From positions 1 through 64,000 of IMG/VR virus record IMGVR_UViG_3300021964_000026: DNA of 64,000 nt. The stretch is one strand, 5' to 3'. The translations under genes were made by a program, and so were the position numbers. Source of the DNA: a virus. The notes beneath the pieces were generated by a model. It worked only from the letters and a program-made list of their open reading frames with translations, made no database searches and was not told where the DNA came from. Numbering within the stretch: position 1 is the stretch's first letter; each line of letters starts with the position of its first letter. This document shows, piece by piece, positions 9,047 to 17,519 of this stretch.

Positions 9047-9364
9047 ATGACCGACCAAAACGAAAACAGAAAAGAAGAAACCCCCTTTGACAGCCCCAAC
9101 GATACCGTTGAGATTGTCTGCCCGAACTGCAATGAAACAGGATTCATGGTGCAACACCAACAGGTGTGGCAACGCTATCCTATTGCCTACACCGCTGACG
9201 GTGGAGACATTGACCACAACGGCGGAGAGTTCACGAAAGAGTGGGCTGGCGACGGAACCCATGACTGCTACATGTGTCTTCAATGCGAGACGGACTTTAC
9301 CTACGGCGCGCTACTTGAGACTGACCAAGCAATCGCACTCCAAGAAGAAGGAGATGATGAATGA
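9047..9364 (+). CDS. Zn-ribbon protein
   Basis: CPNC...CLQC; GGTGA SD precedes ATG 9047. Confidence 0.75.
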   Translation: MTDQNENRKEETPFDSPNDTVEIVCPNCNETGFMVQHQQVWQRYPIAYTADGGDIDHNGGEFTKEWAGDGTHDCYMCLQCETDFTYGALLETDQAIALQEEGDDE

Positions 9365-9942
9365 TGACTGACAAAACAATTGGAACCAAAGGTGTTGAGT
9401 GGATGCTCAACGCACAGAACAAAGAAACCACATCCGATGGCGAAGAACTGACACGCGCAGTTCAGCAAGTCATTGATGTTGACAACACAGACCGCGATGC
9501 TGTTCTCGCTGAACACATGGGTGCTGATGCGCTGACTGCATTGGCTACGCTCTACGGCGAAGAACCAATCCAGCGTGTGCAAGGCATTGCATTCGTTGAC
9601 GGACGACCCATCATGCTTGGCGACTGCCCCTGCAAAGGAGAGAAGTGCCGCGCCGCATGGGGTGTTTCGTGGGTTGCACGCGACCTTGACATGGTGGGAC
9701 ACCGAGGTAGTCTCAAGTCCCAACCCTGCGAGTCCATGCCAGCCACCGAGTTTGACCCAGCGACGGGGAAGTTCCTCCGACCTGTCCCTCTCGGCATGAA
9801 CCCCGACGAATGGTATCGCTACGAGCGTGCGCATTGGGGAGACGCGAACAAAGCAGACTTGGCTAACTTCATGAACGCAAATGTGGCGAGCGCGGAAAAC
9901 AACAAAGGGTATCACGCTGGTGATTGGGTGGTGGACGAATGA
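9361..9942 (+). CDS. Hypothetical protein
   Basis: ATGA-coupled ORF. Confidence 0.75.
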   Translation: MMTDKTIGTKGVEWMLNAQNKETTSDGEELTRAVQQVIDVDNTDRDAVLAEHMGADALTALATLYGEEPIQRVQGIAFVDGRPIMLGDCPCKGEKCRAAWGVSWVARDLDMVGHRGSLKSQPCESMPATEFDPATGKFLRPVPLGMNPDEWYRYERAHWGDANKADLANFMNANVASAENNKGYHAGDWVVDE

Positions 9943-10253
9943 GCAACGACACAATTGAAATGTTTTACATCAGCAACTACGAAGACCCCGAAACAGGAGA
10001 ACGCGAACAAGACAAGCAGGGCGTGAGCATTGTTTCGCGCGAAGCCTACATTGATTTCTCGTATGGTTCATGCTTGGCGTGTGATGTGCAAGGATGCCTG
10101 TCATGTTTCCTTGACAAAATAAACGGATGGGCTGATGGCTACGGCGACACATGCACCGAACTGTGGTGGGGCATTGACCCTGCTACGGGCAAACAATGGA
10201 ACCCAAGAGCCATTCTTGCGGAGCGCAAAGCAAAATGGGGTGATGAAGAATGA
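9939..10253 (+). CDS. Hypothetical Cys-containing protein
   Basis: CLAC..GCLSC; ATGA overlaps at both ends. Confidence 0.7.
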   Translation: MSNDTIEMFYISNYEDPETGEREQDKQGVSIVSREAYIDFSYGSCLACDVQGCLSCFLDKINGWADGYGDTCTELWWGIDPATGKQWNPRAILAERKAKWGDEE

Positions 10254-10567
10254 GCATCACACTCGCTGACATCCGCATGGCTCTTCCCAACTTCACCAAG
10301 GAAGAGTTGCGTCAACTCAACAGCGAACTGTGCGACATCATCAAGCACAAGCGCGCTTCCGCTTCTCACGAGGCGATTCAAAACTTCAGCGTTGGCGACA
10401 AGGTTTCCTACGAGGACAGGGGACACCGCACAGGTGTCATCACCAAAATCAACAGGACGCGTATCGTCATTCAGCCCGACCACGCTCATCGCAAAATCAG
10501 CGGCCCCGCTTACATGTTCACCAAGTGTGCGCCAGCGTTTGACCCAACGACAGGAGCGTGGGAATGA
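10250..10567 (+). CDS. Hypothetical protein, possible SH3/KOW-like fold
   Basis: FSVGDKVSY...TGVITKINRTRIVI pattern; ends in FDPTTGAWE. Confidence 0.7.
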   Translation: MSITLADIRMALPNFTKEELRQLNSELCDIIKHKRASASHEAIQNFSVGDKVSYEDRGHRTGVITKINRTRIVIQPDHAHRKISGPAYMFTKCAPAFDPTTGAWE

Positions 10568-11502
10568 TGGGATACACACACTACGCTTACCTTGAGTCTC
10601 GCACCATCTCCGATGACGAATGGAATGACCTCCGTATTGAAATCACGGCTCTCAACTTAGCGCGACTTGAACACATCACCATCAACGACGAGTTGATTCA
10701 AGTGCGCGGTGATTGTGAATCGTTTCACATCCCTCGTTCTGTTCCCGGCGGCACACAACACTTCACCTTCACCAAGACCAACCGACGCGACTACGACCAC
10801 ATCATCGTTGCATGCTACATGGCATTGTATCGTTGTGTGCGCGGAGTCAAGTTGTCAAGCGATGGTGAGTGGGCTGAACTTCAAGCAGGTCGCGACTACT
10901 ACAAAGACACGCTGGGATGCACACTCGGAGAGTTGCGCAAAGCATTCGCCAAGACCATCCACGACCCACGACAGAAGTGGTTCATCGGCAATCCAATCTA
11001 CGCGTGTGATGAACACGACAAGAAGGAATGGTTTGACTTCTTGTCTCATGCTGACCCTCTACTCTCCAACGACGACGGCACAGGAATCACTTTCATGTGG
11101 AAGTGGAACCAGCGCGTTTGGGTTCACGACACCGAGAACATGGGGAACACCCCCGTTGTGATTCGCCACGACGGTGAAGAACATCGCATTGAACTTGGCA
11201 ACCGCTTCGCCATTCTCCCTGCTCCGCTTTTCTGTGAGGAATCCATCAAGGACTTTGACACTTCGGCTGGACGCTACGCCATTGTTTGGGCGCGCAACCG
11301 ACCTGTTTTTGAGTTTGACAAGAACACCTTCCCCCGAATGACCTACACCATTGACATGATGACAGGTGTTGACACCAGCGGACACTCCGCTTGTGAAGCC
11401 TGTGGTGAATGGGTTGAGGACAGAAACATTTGGCACGACGCGGAAGCAAATCACATTTGCGCTGACTGTCATGGGGATGAAGACGAAGGAGAGGAATACT
11501 GA
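10564..11502 (+). CDS. Conserved-looking viral protein (MGYTHY...KT.R..YD...SSDG domain) with C-terminal Zn finger
   Basis: N-terminal motif pattern recalled from uncharacterised phage proteins; CEAC...CADC at the C-terminus. Confidence 0.7.
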   Translation: MMGYTHYAYLESRTISDDEWNDLRIEITALNLARLEHITINDELIQVRGDCESFHIPRSVPGGTQHFTFTKTNRRDYDHIIVACYMALYRCVRGVKLSSDGEWAELQAGRDYYKDTLGCTLGELRKAFAKTIHDPRQKWFIGNPIYACDEHDKKEWFDFLSHADPLLSNDDGTGITFMWKWNQRVWVHDTENMGNTPVVIRHDGEEHRIELGNRFAILPAPLFCEESIKDFDTSAGRYAIVWARNRPVFEFDKNTFPRMTYTIDMMTGVDTSGHSACEACGEWVEDRNIWHDAEANHICADCHGDEDEGEEY

Positions 11503-11993
11503 TGCGACAGACGACAGAAGATTGGCTGGAAGGAAAGAGAAACCCATTCAAGTTTACAGGACGCAACCACAAGTTTTCGGGCATTATCAACGATACCGCG
11601 TCCATGATGATTGTTCCCCTCTCCAAAGAAGCGCGCATTGACATGATGACCAAGCATGGTCAGCCTCACAACGCGGAGAAGAATGAGGAACTGATGAACC
11701 AAGTCGTTGCGAACCCTGCGACTATGTATGTTGAGAACCTTCGCGATACTCTCAAGGCCTTGGACGACGAGTTGTTCCGATACTACGACGCGTTCTTTGA
11801 GCCGAAGTTGCTCAAGACATTCATCAAACCTTACATGCGCAAGACGGACAAACTCACCATTTGGTTCAACAAGACCATCATGCACATCATCTGTCCCGAC
11901 GGTGATTGGGGTTGCTTCATCGCACCGCACATCGTTGAGGAAGACGAAACCAAACCCAAGACATTCAACCCAGCAACAGGAGCGTGGGAATGA
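11502..11993 (+). CDS. Hypothetical protein with PCNA-like C-terminal pattern
   Basis: ...LLKTFIK...DKLTIWF...CFIAPHIVEE; ends in FNPATGAWE. Confidence 0.7.
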   Translation: MRQTTEDWLEGKRNPFKFTGRNHKFSGIINDTASMMIVPLSKEARIDMMTKHGQPHNAEKNEELMNQVVANPATMYVENLRDTLKALDDELFRYYDAFFEPKLLKTFIKPYMRKTDKLTIWFNKTIMHIICPDGDWGCFIAPHIVEEDETKPKTFNPATGAWE

Positions 11994-12262
11994 TGAAACA
12001 ACGAACCATCAACAGACTTCAAGGAGAAAGCAAGAAGCAACGAAGACGGCGCAACATGATGGCGATTGTTCACGAGGTCGTTGATGTCGGTGAACAAGTT
12101 AGGGCGTTTCAAATCTATCAGCGTCTTTGTGATGCTCACCCGAACGGTCATCACTCTCTTCCCTTGAGCGTGAACCAACTTGGACAAATCATGCGCGGAG
12201 AAAAGAGCATGAGAAAAATTGAAATCAACATTAACCAATACGAATGGAGGCGAATTGAATGA
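11990..12262 (+). CDS. Putative winged-helix protein (paralog A)
   Basis: Helix pattern AFQIYQRL...SVNQLGQIMR; ends in WRRIE. Confidence 0.65.
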   Translation: MMKQRTINRLQGESKKQRRRRNMMAIVHEVVDVGEQVRAFQIYQRLCDAHPNGHHSLPLSVNQLGQIMRGEKSMRKIEININQYEWRRIE

Positions 12263-12513
12263 CAAAGAAGAAGAACACACAAGAACGATACCACGGATAC
12301 ATCCTCGCGATTGTTGAAGTGGGTGAAATCACAACCGCAAATGAACTGCAACAAAGACTGTTTGAGTTTGACCCGAACGAATACGCAGGGAGACAAGCGC
12401 GAGCCTTTCATCACAAGGAGATGCCGACGACGACAGTCATTGGATGGATTCTTAGTCGCTCCGCGCACTTTGAAAAGGCAGAACAGAAAGCACATTGGAG
12501 GCGAATAGAATGA
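12259..12513 (+). CDS. Putative winged-helix protein (paralog B)
   Basis: ILAIVEVGEITTANELQQRL...TTTVIGWILS; ends in WRRIE. Confidence 0.65.
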   Translation: MTKKKNTQERYHGYILAIVEVGEITTANELQQRLFEFDPNEYAGRQARAFHHKEMPTTTVIGWILSRSAHFEKAEQKAHWRRIE

Positions 12514-13043
12514 ACATTTTCGTATTGGACGAATGCCCTATCACATCCGCGTTGATGATGTGCGACAAACACATCCCGAAGATGGCGGTAGAGACTGCAC
12601 AAATGATGGCGAGCGCGTTGCGACGACATGGTGCTACCGATGATGTCATGCCGCTTACGAAGGCTGGCCGCCCCTACAAAGGGGGCTATCACAATCACCC
12701 CTGCACCGTTTGGGCTGGCGACACTCGCAACAACTTCCTTTGGCTCCTTCATCATGGACTCGCGCTCTCGGCTGAATACATGAAGCGTTTCAACCGACAG
12801 CACGCGTGTCAAGCACCCATCTACGATATGGGTGAACTTTTCAACATGATTCCAGCAGGTGGCATGACACCATTTGCGCGCGCTTTCAACAAAGAAACAT
12901 ACCCGTTCCTCTACGATGAGGACACTTACTCCGCGGTAGAAGCATACCGCGCTTACTATTCTCTTGACAAGGCATACTTCGCCGAGTGGAACAAAGGCAC
13001 ACCCGCGCCTTCATGGTGGGTAAACAATGAGGTGAAACAATGA
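12510..13043 (+). CDS. Pyrimidine-dimer DNA glycosylase / endonuclease V-like protein
   Basis: MNIFVLD..P...A...CDKHIPKMAVETAQM, HNHPCTVW, AYRAYY...K and P.WW match this family's pattern. Confidence 0.8.
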   Translation: MNIFVLDECPITSALMMCDKHIPKMAVETAQMMASALRRHGATDDVMPLTKAGRPYKGGYHNHPCTVWAGDTRNNFLWLLHHGLALSAEYMKRFNRQHACQAPIYDMGELFNMIPAGGMTPFARAFNKETYPFLYDEDTYSAVEAYRAYYSLDKAYFAEWNKGTPAPSWWVNNEVKQ

Positions 13044-13219
13044 ACCGACAAACAAACATGAACGAGGCCCGACTGAAAGAAGAAAACGAGAGGTTGAAAA
13101 GCAAGTGGGAAACCCTACGCGCTTGGCTCAACGAGGTCGCTGATGGACACATCAGCGGCGGCGATGTGCTAAGAGTGATGGACAGCATTCTTCTCATACC
13201 ACGAGGTGAAGAAGAATGA
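13040..13219 (+). CDS. 59-aa protein missing from the ORF track (paralog of the next gene)
   Basis: MNRQTNMNEARLKEENERLKSKWETLRAWLNEVADGHISGGDVLRVMDSILLIPRGEEE; GAGGTGA SD and ATGA overlaps at both ends. Confidence 0.8.
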   Translation: MNRQTNMNEARLKEENERLKSKWETLRAWLNEVADGHISGGDVLRVMDSILLIPRGEEE

Positions 13220-13407
13220 GTCTTAGCAATCAACAAAAATTGGAAGACCGTCTTGAGCAATTTGAAACCCATTGGGTTTTCCTACGCGCTTGGTTGAAAG
13301 AAATGGTGAGTGTTGACAATACCGTTTCCACCAAGCACACCATCCCCGTTTACGCGAAGGTGTTGCGTGTGATGGACGAACTGCGACAACGAGGTGATGA
13401 ACAATGA
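13216..13407 (+). CDS. Small helical protein
   Basis: Shares LRAWL.E and VLRVMD with the upstream gene. Confidence 0.8.
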   Translation: MSLSNQQKLEDRLEQFETHWVFLRAWLKEMVSVDNTVSTKHTIPVYAKVLRVMDELRQRGDEQ

Positions 13408-13628
13408 ACATAGAAAACGAACTGAAATCAATTGAAGCAAGCATCGCGAAGAAGAAAGAGAAGGGTGAGTTGCGAACTTACATCGGCAACCCCAACTACA
13501 CGGTGCTTAAACACATAGAGCATCGCTTTGTTGTGAACGGCACATACACCATGATGAGAGACTATCAGCCCTACTATCCCAATCATGGCGGTATGGGCTG
13601 GTGGCTTTGTTGGGGGGTTGAACAATGA
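13404..13628 (+). CDS. Hypothetical protein
   Basis: ATGA-coupled ORF with GAGGTGA SD. Confidence 0.7.
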   Translation: MNIENELKSIEASIAKKKEKGELRTYIGNPNYTVLKHIEHRFVVNGTYTMMRDYQPYYPNHGGMGWWLCWGVEQ

Positions 13629-13951
13629 GTCCCGAAGAAGCATTGGAACAAATGGCGCAAAAAGAAAAGGAGATGGCGGAAGAAGCCGCCAAAATGATTG
13701 AGCGCGTTCGTAGACTGCAAGAGATTGCCTACTGCACAAAGAACGACCATGAATGGAGTGCTGACCACATTACTGCTCTTGTTCCTTGGCGACCCGACTA
13801 TGCGAGAATGTCGTGCAATCATTGCGGCGCGTTCTTCACAGTCGCGCGAACCAACGGGACGAACGCTGAAATCAGTCCGCTCTTCATTGAACACGAAGGG
13901 AAGAATGTCAGCGTTGAAGCCTTCCTTGACAACAAGGAGGAAGAAGAATGA
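13625..13951 (+). CDS. Coiled-coil plus Zn-ribbon protein
   Basis: C.KNDHEW...CNHC. Confidence 0.75.
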   Translation: MSPEEALEQMAQKEKEMAEEAAKMIERVRRLQEIAYCTKNDHEWSADHITALVPWRPDYARMSCNHCGAFFTVARTNGTNAEISPLFIEHEGKNVSVEAFLDNKEEEE

Positions 13952-14469
13952 CATTCATCGTGCTTGACGCAAACCCTGTCCGCTCCGCCAACCGACTGTG
14001 CTGGCTTGACTGTGAGAGTGCCGCCTTTGAGGGTGCGCGCATCATTGTCTCGGCCTTCCAGCATCACGGTGGTGAAGTGAGTGAAGACTTTCTCCCTCAA
14101 TCCAAAGACCACCCGCTCGTTCGCTGGGCGATTGTGTCCGCTGAAAACGCGCGTTGGTTGTTCCGCTACACACAAGCGGCAACCATCAAGTGGGGTGCTG
14201 AACACAAAATGAAGGACTACAAAGCGATGATGGAACAACTCAACAAAATCGCTTCGCGAATTGACACCACGCTCCCTGTTGGTCAGCCATTGACGCTGTT
14301 CGGGAACTTCTACATTGATGGAAAGAACGACGGGCAGATGACTCACCAATCCATTGAATCAAACCGCGCGTTCTACGAACGCACACGACAACATCTATCT
14401 TGGGGTGATGACAAACCATCAGTCTACGGTGGATACGGAGAACGCTTTGAAGGAGGCGAAGAAGAATGA
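13948..14469 (+). CDS. Divergent paralog of the pyrimidine-dimer glycosylase-like protein
   Basis: MTFIVLDANPVRSANRLC...E.ARII.SA...HG...DHPLVRWA..S.EN.RWL aligns by eye with 12510-13043. Confidence 0.65.
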   Translation: MTFIVLDANPVRSANRLCWLDCESAAFEGARIIVSAFQHHGGEVSEDFLPQSKDHPLVRWAIVSAENARWLFRYTQAATIKWGAEHKMKDYKAMMEQLNKIASRIDTTLPVGQPLTLFGNFYIDGKNDGQMTHQSIESNRAFYERTRQHLSWGDDKPSVYGGYGERFEGGEEE

Positions 14470-14591
14470 AGTGCGAGCATTGTGATAAGCCAACTGAAAG
14501 CAACCATTCAACCTGCATCCATCATCGCGTTTGTAGCGTTTGTATGGAAACATTCGGGCAATGCATTGAATGTCGGAAGGTGATACAATGA
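14466..14591 (+). CDS. 41-aa C3HC4 RING-finger-like microprotein (not in the ORF track)
   Basis: MKCEHCDKPTESNHSTCIHHRVCSVCMETFGQCIECRKVIQ; fills the gap exactly, with ATGA overlaps at both ends. Confidence 0.75.
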   Translation: MKCEHCDKPTESNHSTCIHHRVCSVCMETFGQCIECRKVIQ

Positions 14592-16546
14592 ATATAACAT
14601 ACGAACGATACACAGACGACTACGGTGCGCGCATCGCACTCAACAAAATCCCCTTTGACTTGAAGGACGACATGAAAGCCCACATGGGCTGGCCTCAATT
14701 CTCATGGAACGGCGCGAAGGGTCTTTGGACAATTCAAGACCGCGCGGATGTCATTGAGAAGGCCGTCGCTTTCCTCGCTGACCACGACATCACGGTGGAA
14801 GGGTTGGAATACGATGAGTCCGCTATTGACATCTCGTCAAGCGCAACTGCGACTTACACGGCCCCCGACCAACTCGTTCTCAAGTGGGACTTTCAGCCCA
14901 ATTGGAAGGACATCAACGCCGCCATGAAAGACGCGGCGGCTGGCAACGCCAAGTGGCAAGGGAACACGAAGACATGGATGATTCCTGTCGCTACGGCAAT
15001 GGCTGTCGCCAACGCTGTTCGCCCTCACTTTGAGCCGTTGGCTGATGCCATTGAGAACAACGAGCAGGTTCAACTCGCTCACGCCGCTACCCTGCAACGG
15101 GTGGAACTGTCAAGCGCGGTTGAAACCAAACTTGAACTTCCCGACATGCCTATCTATAATATGATGCGACCCTATCAATGCGTAGCACCTATCATGTATC
15201 GCACAGGTGGTCGCAACCGTATTCTCATCGCTGATGAAATGGGTCTTGGCAAATCATTACAGGCTCTTGCTTGTTCTCACTTTGCTGAACATCAACGCGT
15301 CTTGATTGTATGCCCTGCTATTGTTAAACACAATTGGGCTAACGAGATAACCAAATGGTTGCAGACATCATCTTTCATCATCAATGGTTGGCAAGGAGAT
15401 ATTGAAGAGACGCGCTTTAACATTATCAACTATGATATTTTGGAGAAGCGTCTTGACCACTTGATGGCGATTGACTATGACTGCATTATTTTTGATGAGG
15501 TTCACAGAATCAAGAACCCAAAGAGTAAGACAACCAAAGCCGCGCTGAAATTGGCTCAAGGCAGACAGGGCATCATCGCATTGTCGGGAACACCCATCAC
15601 CAACAGGCCGATTGAGTTTTTCACATCGCTGAACATGATGATGCCAGCAACCTTCGCCAACTACTTCACCTTCGCCAAGAAATACTGCAACGCACGCAAG
15701 ACTGACTTCGGCTGGGATATGAGTGGTGCATCCAACATTGACACGAGCCGAGACGGTATTACCACACCACTCAATCACATTCTGCGCGACTTCATGTTGC
15801 GTCGTTCAATGGACGACCCGCGCATTGCTGGTGAGATGCCCGACTTGGTTGAAACCATCATCAAACTTGACCTTCCCGACGAAGCACTCAAGCAATACAA
15901 ACTTGAATACAACTCATGGATGGAAGAATGGCAGAAGCAACAGGCCAACTTTGGTTCAACAGACGCGGGCTTTACACTCAACATGATGACACAACTCCGA
16001 CACATCGCTGGTCGTCTCAAAGTAGACGCGGCAGTTAAGTGGGCGAATACTTACTTCCAAAACAACGGAAAGCCCCTCGTCGTTTTTGCGCACCATAGAG
16101 ATGTTCTTGAATCACTTTACTTGAAACTCCATGTTGAAAATGAAATCAAACTAATCAACGGTGAAACAAGTGAAGCAGACCGTCAATCATTCATTGAACA
16201 ATTCCAAAATGGAGGGTTGCGCTATCTCATCTGTTCCACCAACGCCATGCGAGAAGGGGTCAACCTTGACCACGCCAACACCACGCTCTTCGTTGAGCGT
16301 GAGTGGGTTCCAGCATGGGAGCAACAAGCCGCCGCGCGTGTTCGTCGTATGACACAGGAGGCATCCACTTGCCACAAGGTGGTGCTTTCAGCCAACGACA
16401 CCATTGACGCACTCTTTGACCAAGTGGTTGCGGAGAAAGCCGACCTCGTTCAGCGCACGCTGGATGGTCAGTCGGGAACGACGCGTGATGCAATCGGCAA
16501 AGCACTTCTCAAGAAATTGAAAACAGGAAAAGGAAGCATGATATGA
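14588..16546 (+). CDS. SNF2-family (SMARCAL1/HARP-like) helicase
   Basis: LIADEMGLGKS, DEVH, LSGTPITNRP, EGVNL, QAAARVRRMTQ; two N-terminal HARP-like repeats (FSWNGAKGLWTI and AKWQGNTKTWMIP). Confidence 0.9.
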   Translation: MNITYERYTDDYGARIALNKIPFDLKDDMKAHMGWPQFSWNGAKGLWTIQDRADVIEKAVAFLADHDITVEGLEYDESAIDISSSATATYTAPDQLVLKWDFQPNWKDINAAMKDAAAGNAKWQGNTKTWMIPVATAMAVANAVRPHFEPLADAIENNEQVQLAHAATLQRVELSSAVETKLELPDMPIYNMMRPYQCVAPIMYRTGGRNRILIADEMGLGKSLQALACSHFAEHQRVLIVCPAIVKHNWANEITKWLQTSSFIINGWQGDIEETRFNIINYDILEKRLDHLMAIDYDCIIFDEVHRIKNPKSKTTKAALKLAQGRQGIIALSGTPITNRPIEFFTSLNMMMPATFANYFTFAKKYCNARKTDFGWDMSGASNIDTSRDGITTPLNHILRDFMLRRSMDDPRIAGEMPDLVETIIKLDLPDEALKQYKLEYNSWMEEWQKQQANFGSTDAGFTLNMMTQLRHIAGRLKVDAAVKWANTYFQNNGKPLVVFAHHRDVLESLYLKLHVENEIKLINGETSEADRQSFIEQFQNGGLRYLICSTNAMREGVNLDHANTTLFVEREWVPAWEQQAAARVRRMTQEASTCHKVVLSANDTIDALFDQVVAEKADLVQRTLDGQSGTTRDAIGKALLKKLKTGKGSMI

Positions 16547-16881
16547 TGACCGAAGAAGAAACAAACCAACCACCAAGCGCACCGTTCAGTTTGACTGACA
16601 GAACGGGAAGGAGAATCTACATTACCGACGCGTCGGACAAGATGTTGAAGAACAAGATGATGAGCAACATGCGCAAACTGCGGAGGATGATTTTTGACAT
16701 CGCCGCCATCAAGAGTGAGATGGAAGCGCGCGGATACGCCAACGCTCTTGAAAACTTCACGCTCTCAAAGGACTTCAACATTTTTCAAATGTTGACGCAT
16801 CAATCGCTCATCGCCGTTCACCGATTCAACGAGTCCTACCCCGAACGAGCGTTCAACACCGCCAAGGAGGAAGAGGAATGA
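16543..16881 (+). CDS. Hypothetical protein
   Basis: ATGA-coupled ORF ending in KEEEE. Confidence 0.75.
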   Translation: MMTEEETNQPPSAPFSLTDRTGRRIYITDASDKMLKNKMMSNMRKLRRMIFDIAAIKSEMEARGYANALENFTLSKDFNIFQMLTHQSLIAVHRFNESYPERAFNTAKEEEE

Positions 16882-17324
16882 CCCGATACTACCACGCCAC
16901 ACCGAAGAACAACCTCTACCCAATCATGGAGCAGGGCATCGTCAGTCGCTTTGATGGTGTCTACTGTTCAACCAGCGAAGAAACAGCAGTCCGTTGGATT
17001 TGCTTCACTCGGCGAGAGGCGGAGGAAATTGTCGTGTTGCCGTTTGACCGACCCGAAGGAGATGAGCGCATGTCCATCGGTGTTGACCACTCACCGATGA
17101 TGACAAACATTCTCGGTGTCAGCGACGAGGGCGCGTCTTTTGTTTCATCGGAGAACATACCGATGACGGACATTGATTGGGAAGCCGTGATGGTTTACAA
17201 GAACCCGTTCTACTCACACCCGAACTCACTCAAGCGATGGAAGACCTCAAGAAGAAACAGGAAGAATACCGCGCGCGTTTCAAGGAAGGTGAAGAAGAAT
17301 GATGCCAGCCCAAGAACCGCTTGA
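16878..17324 (+). CDS. ADP-ribosyltransferase-fold (Tpt1/DarT-like HxT) protein with apparent frameshift near the 3' end
   Basis: YYHATPKNNLYPIMEQGI...GVYCSTS matches the H-x-T...I...G...VY.S pattern; the coherent C-terminus lies in the -1 frame, ending at 17302. Confidence 0.6.
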   Translation: MTRYYHATPKNNLYPIMEQGIVSRFDGVYCSTSEETAVRWICFTRREAEEIVVLPFDRPEGDERMSIGVDHSPMMTNILGVSDEGASFVSSENIPMTDIDWEAVMVYKNPFYSHPNSLKRWKTSRRNRKNTARVSRKVKKNDASPRTA

Positions 17325-17493
17325 TGTCATCATCATTCCCTACGCGCCCTGTCCATGCCGCAAACACGCGCAACCCTCGGAACTCTTCATCTACCGCACC
17401 GTCCCTTACGGTGTCTTCGCCAAAGCCGAAGTGCATTGTGTTGAAGGCAACGGAGTATGGGACGCGTCGTTCCTTTTCATGCCGCAAGAATAA
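17299..17493 (+). CDS. Small hypothetical protein
   Basis: AGGTGA SD; contains CPC. Confidence 0.7.
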   Translation: MMPAQEPLDVIIIPYAPCPCRKHAQPSELFIYRTVPYGVFAKAEVHCVEGNGVWDASFLFMPQE

Positions 17494-17519
17494 ATAGGTT
17501 GCGCCTCTTCGGGGTGAAT

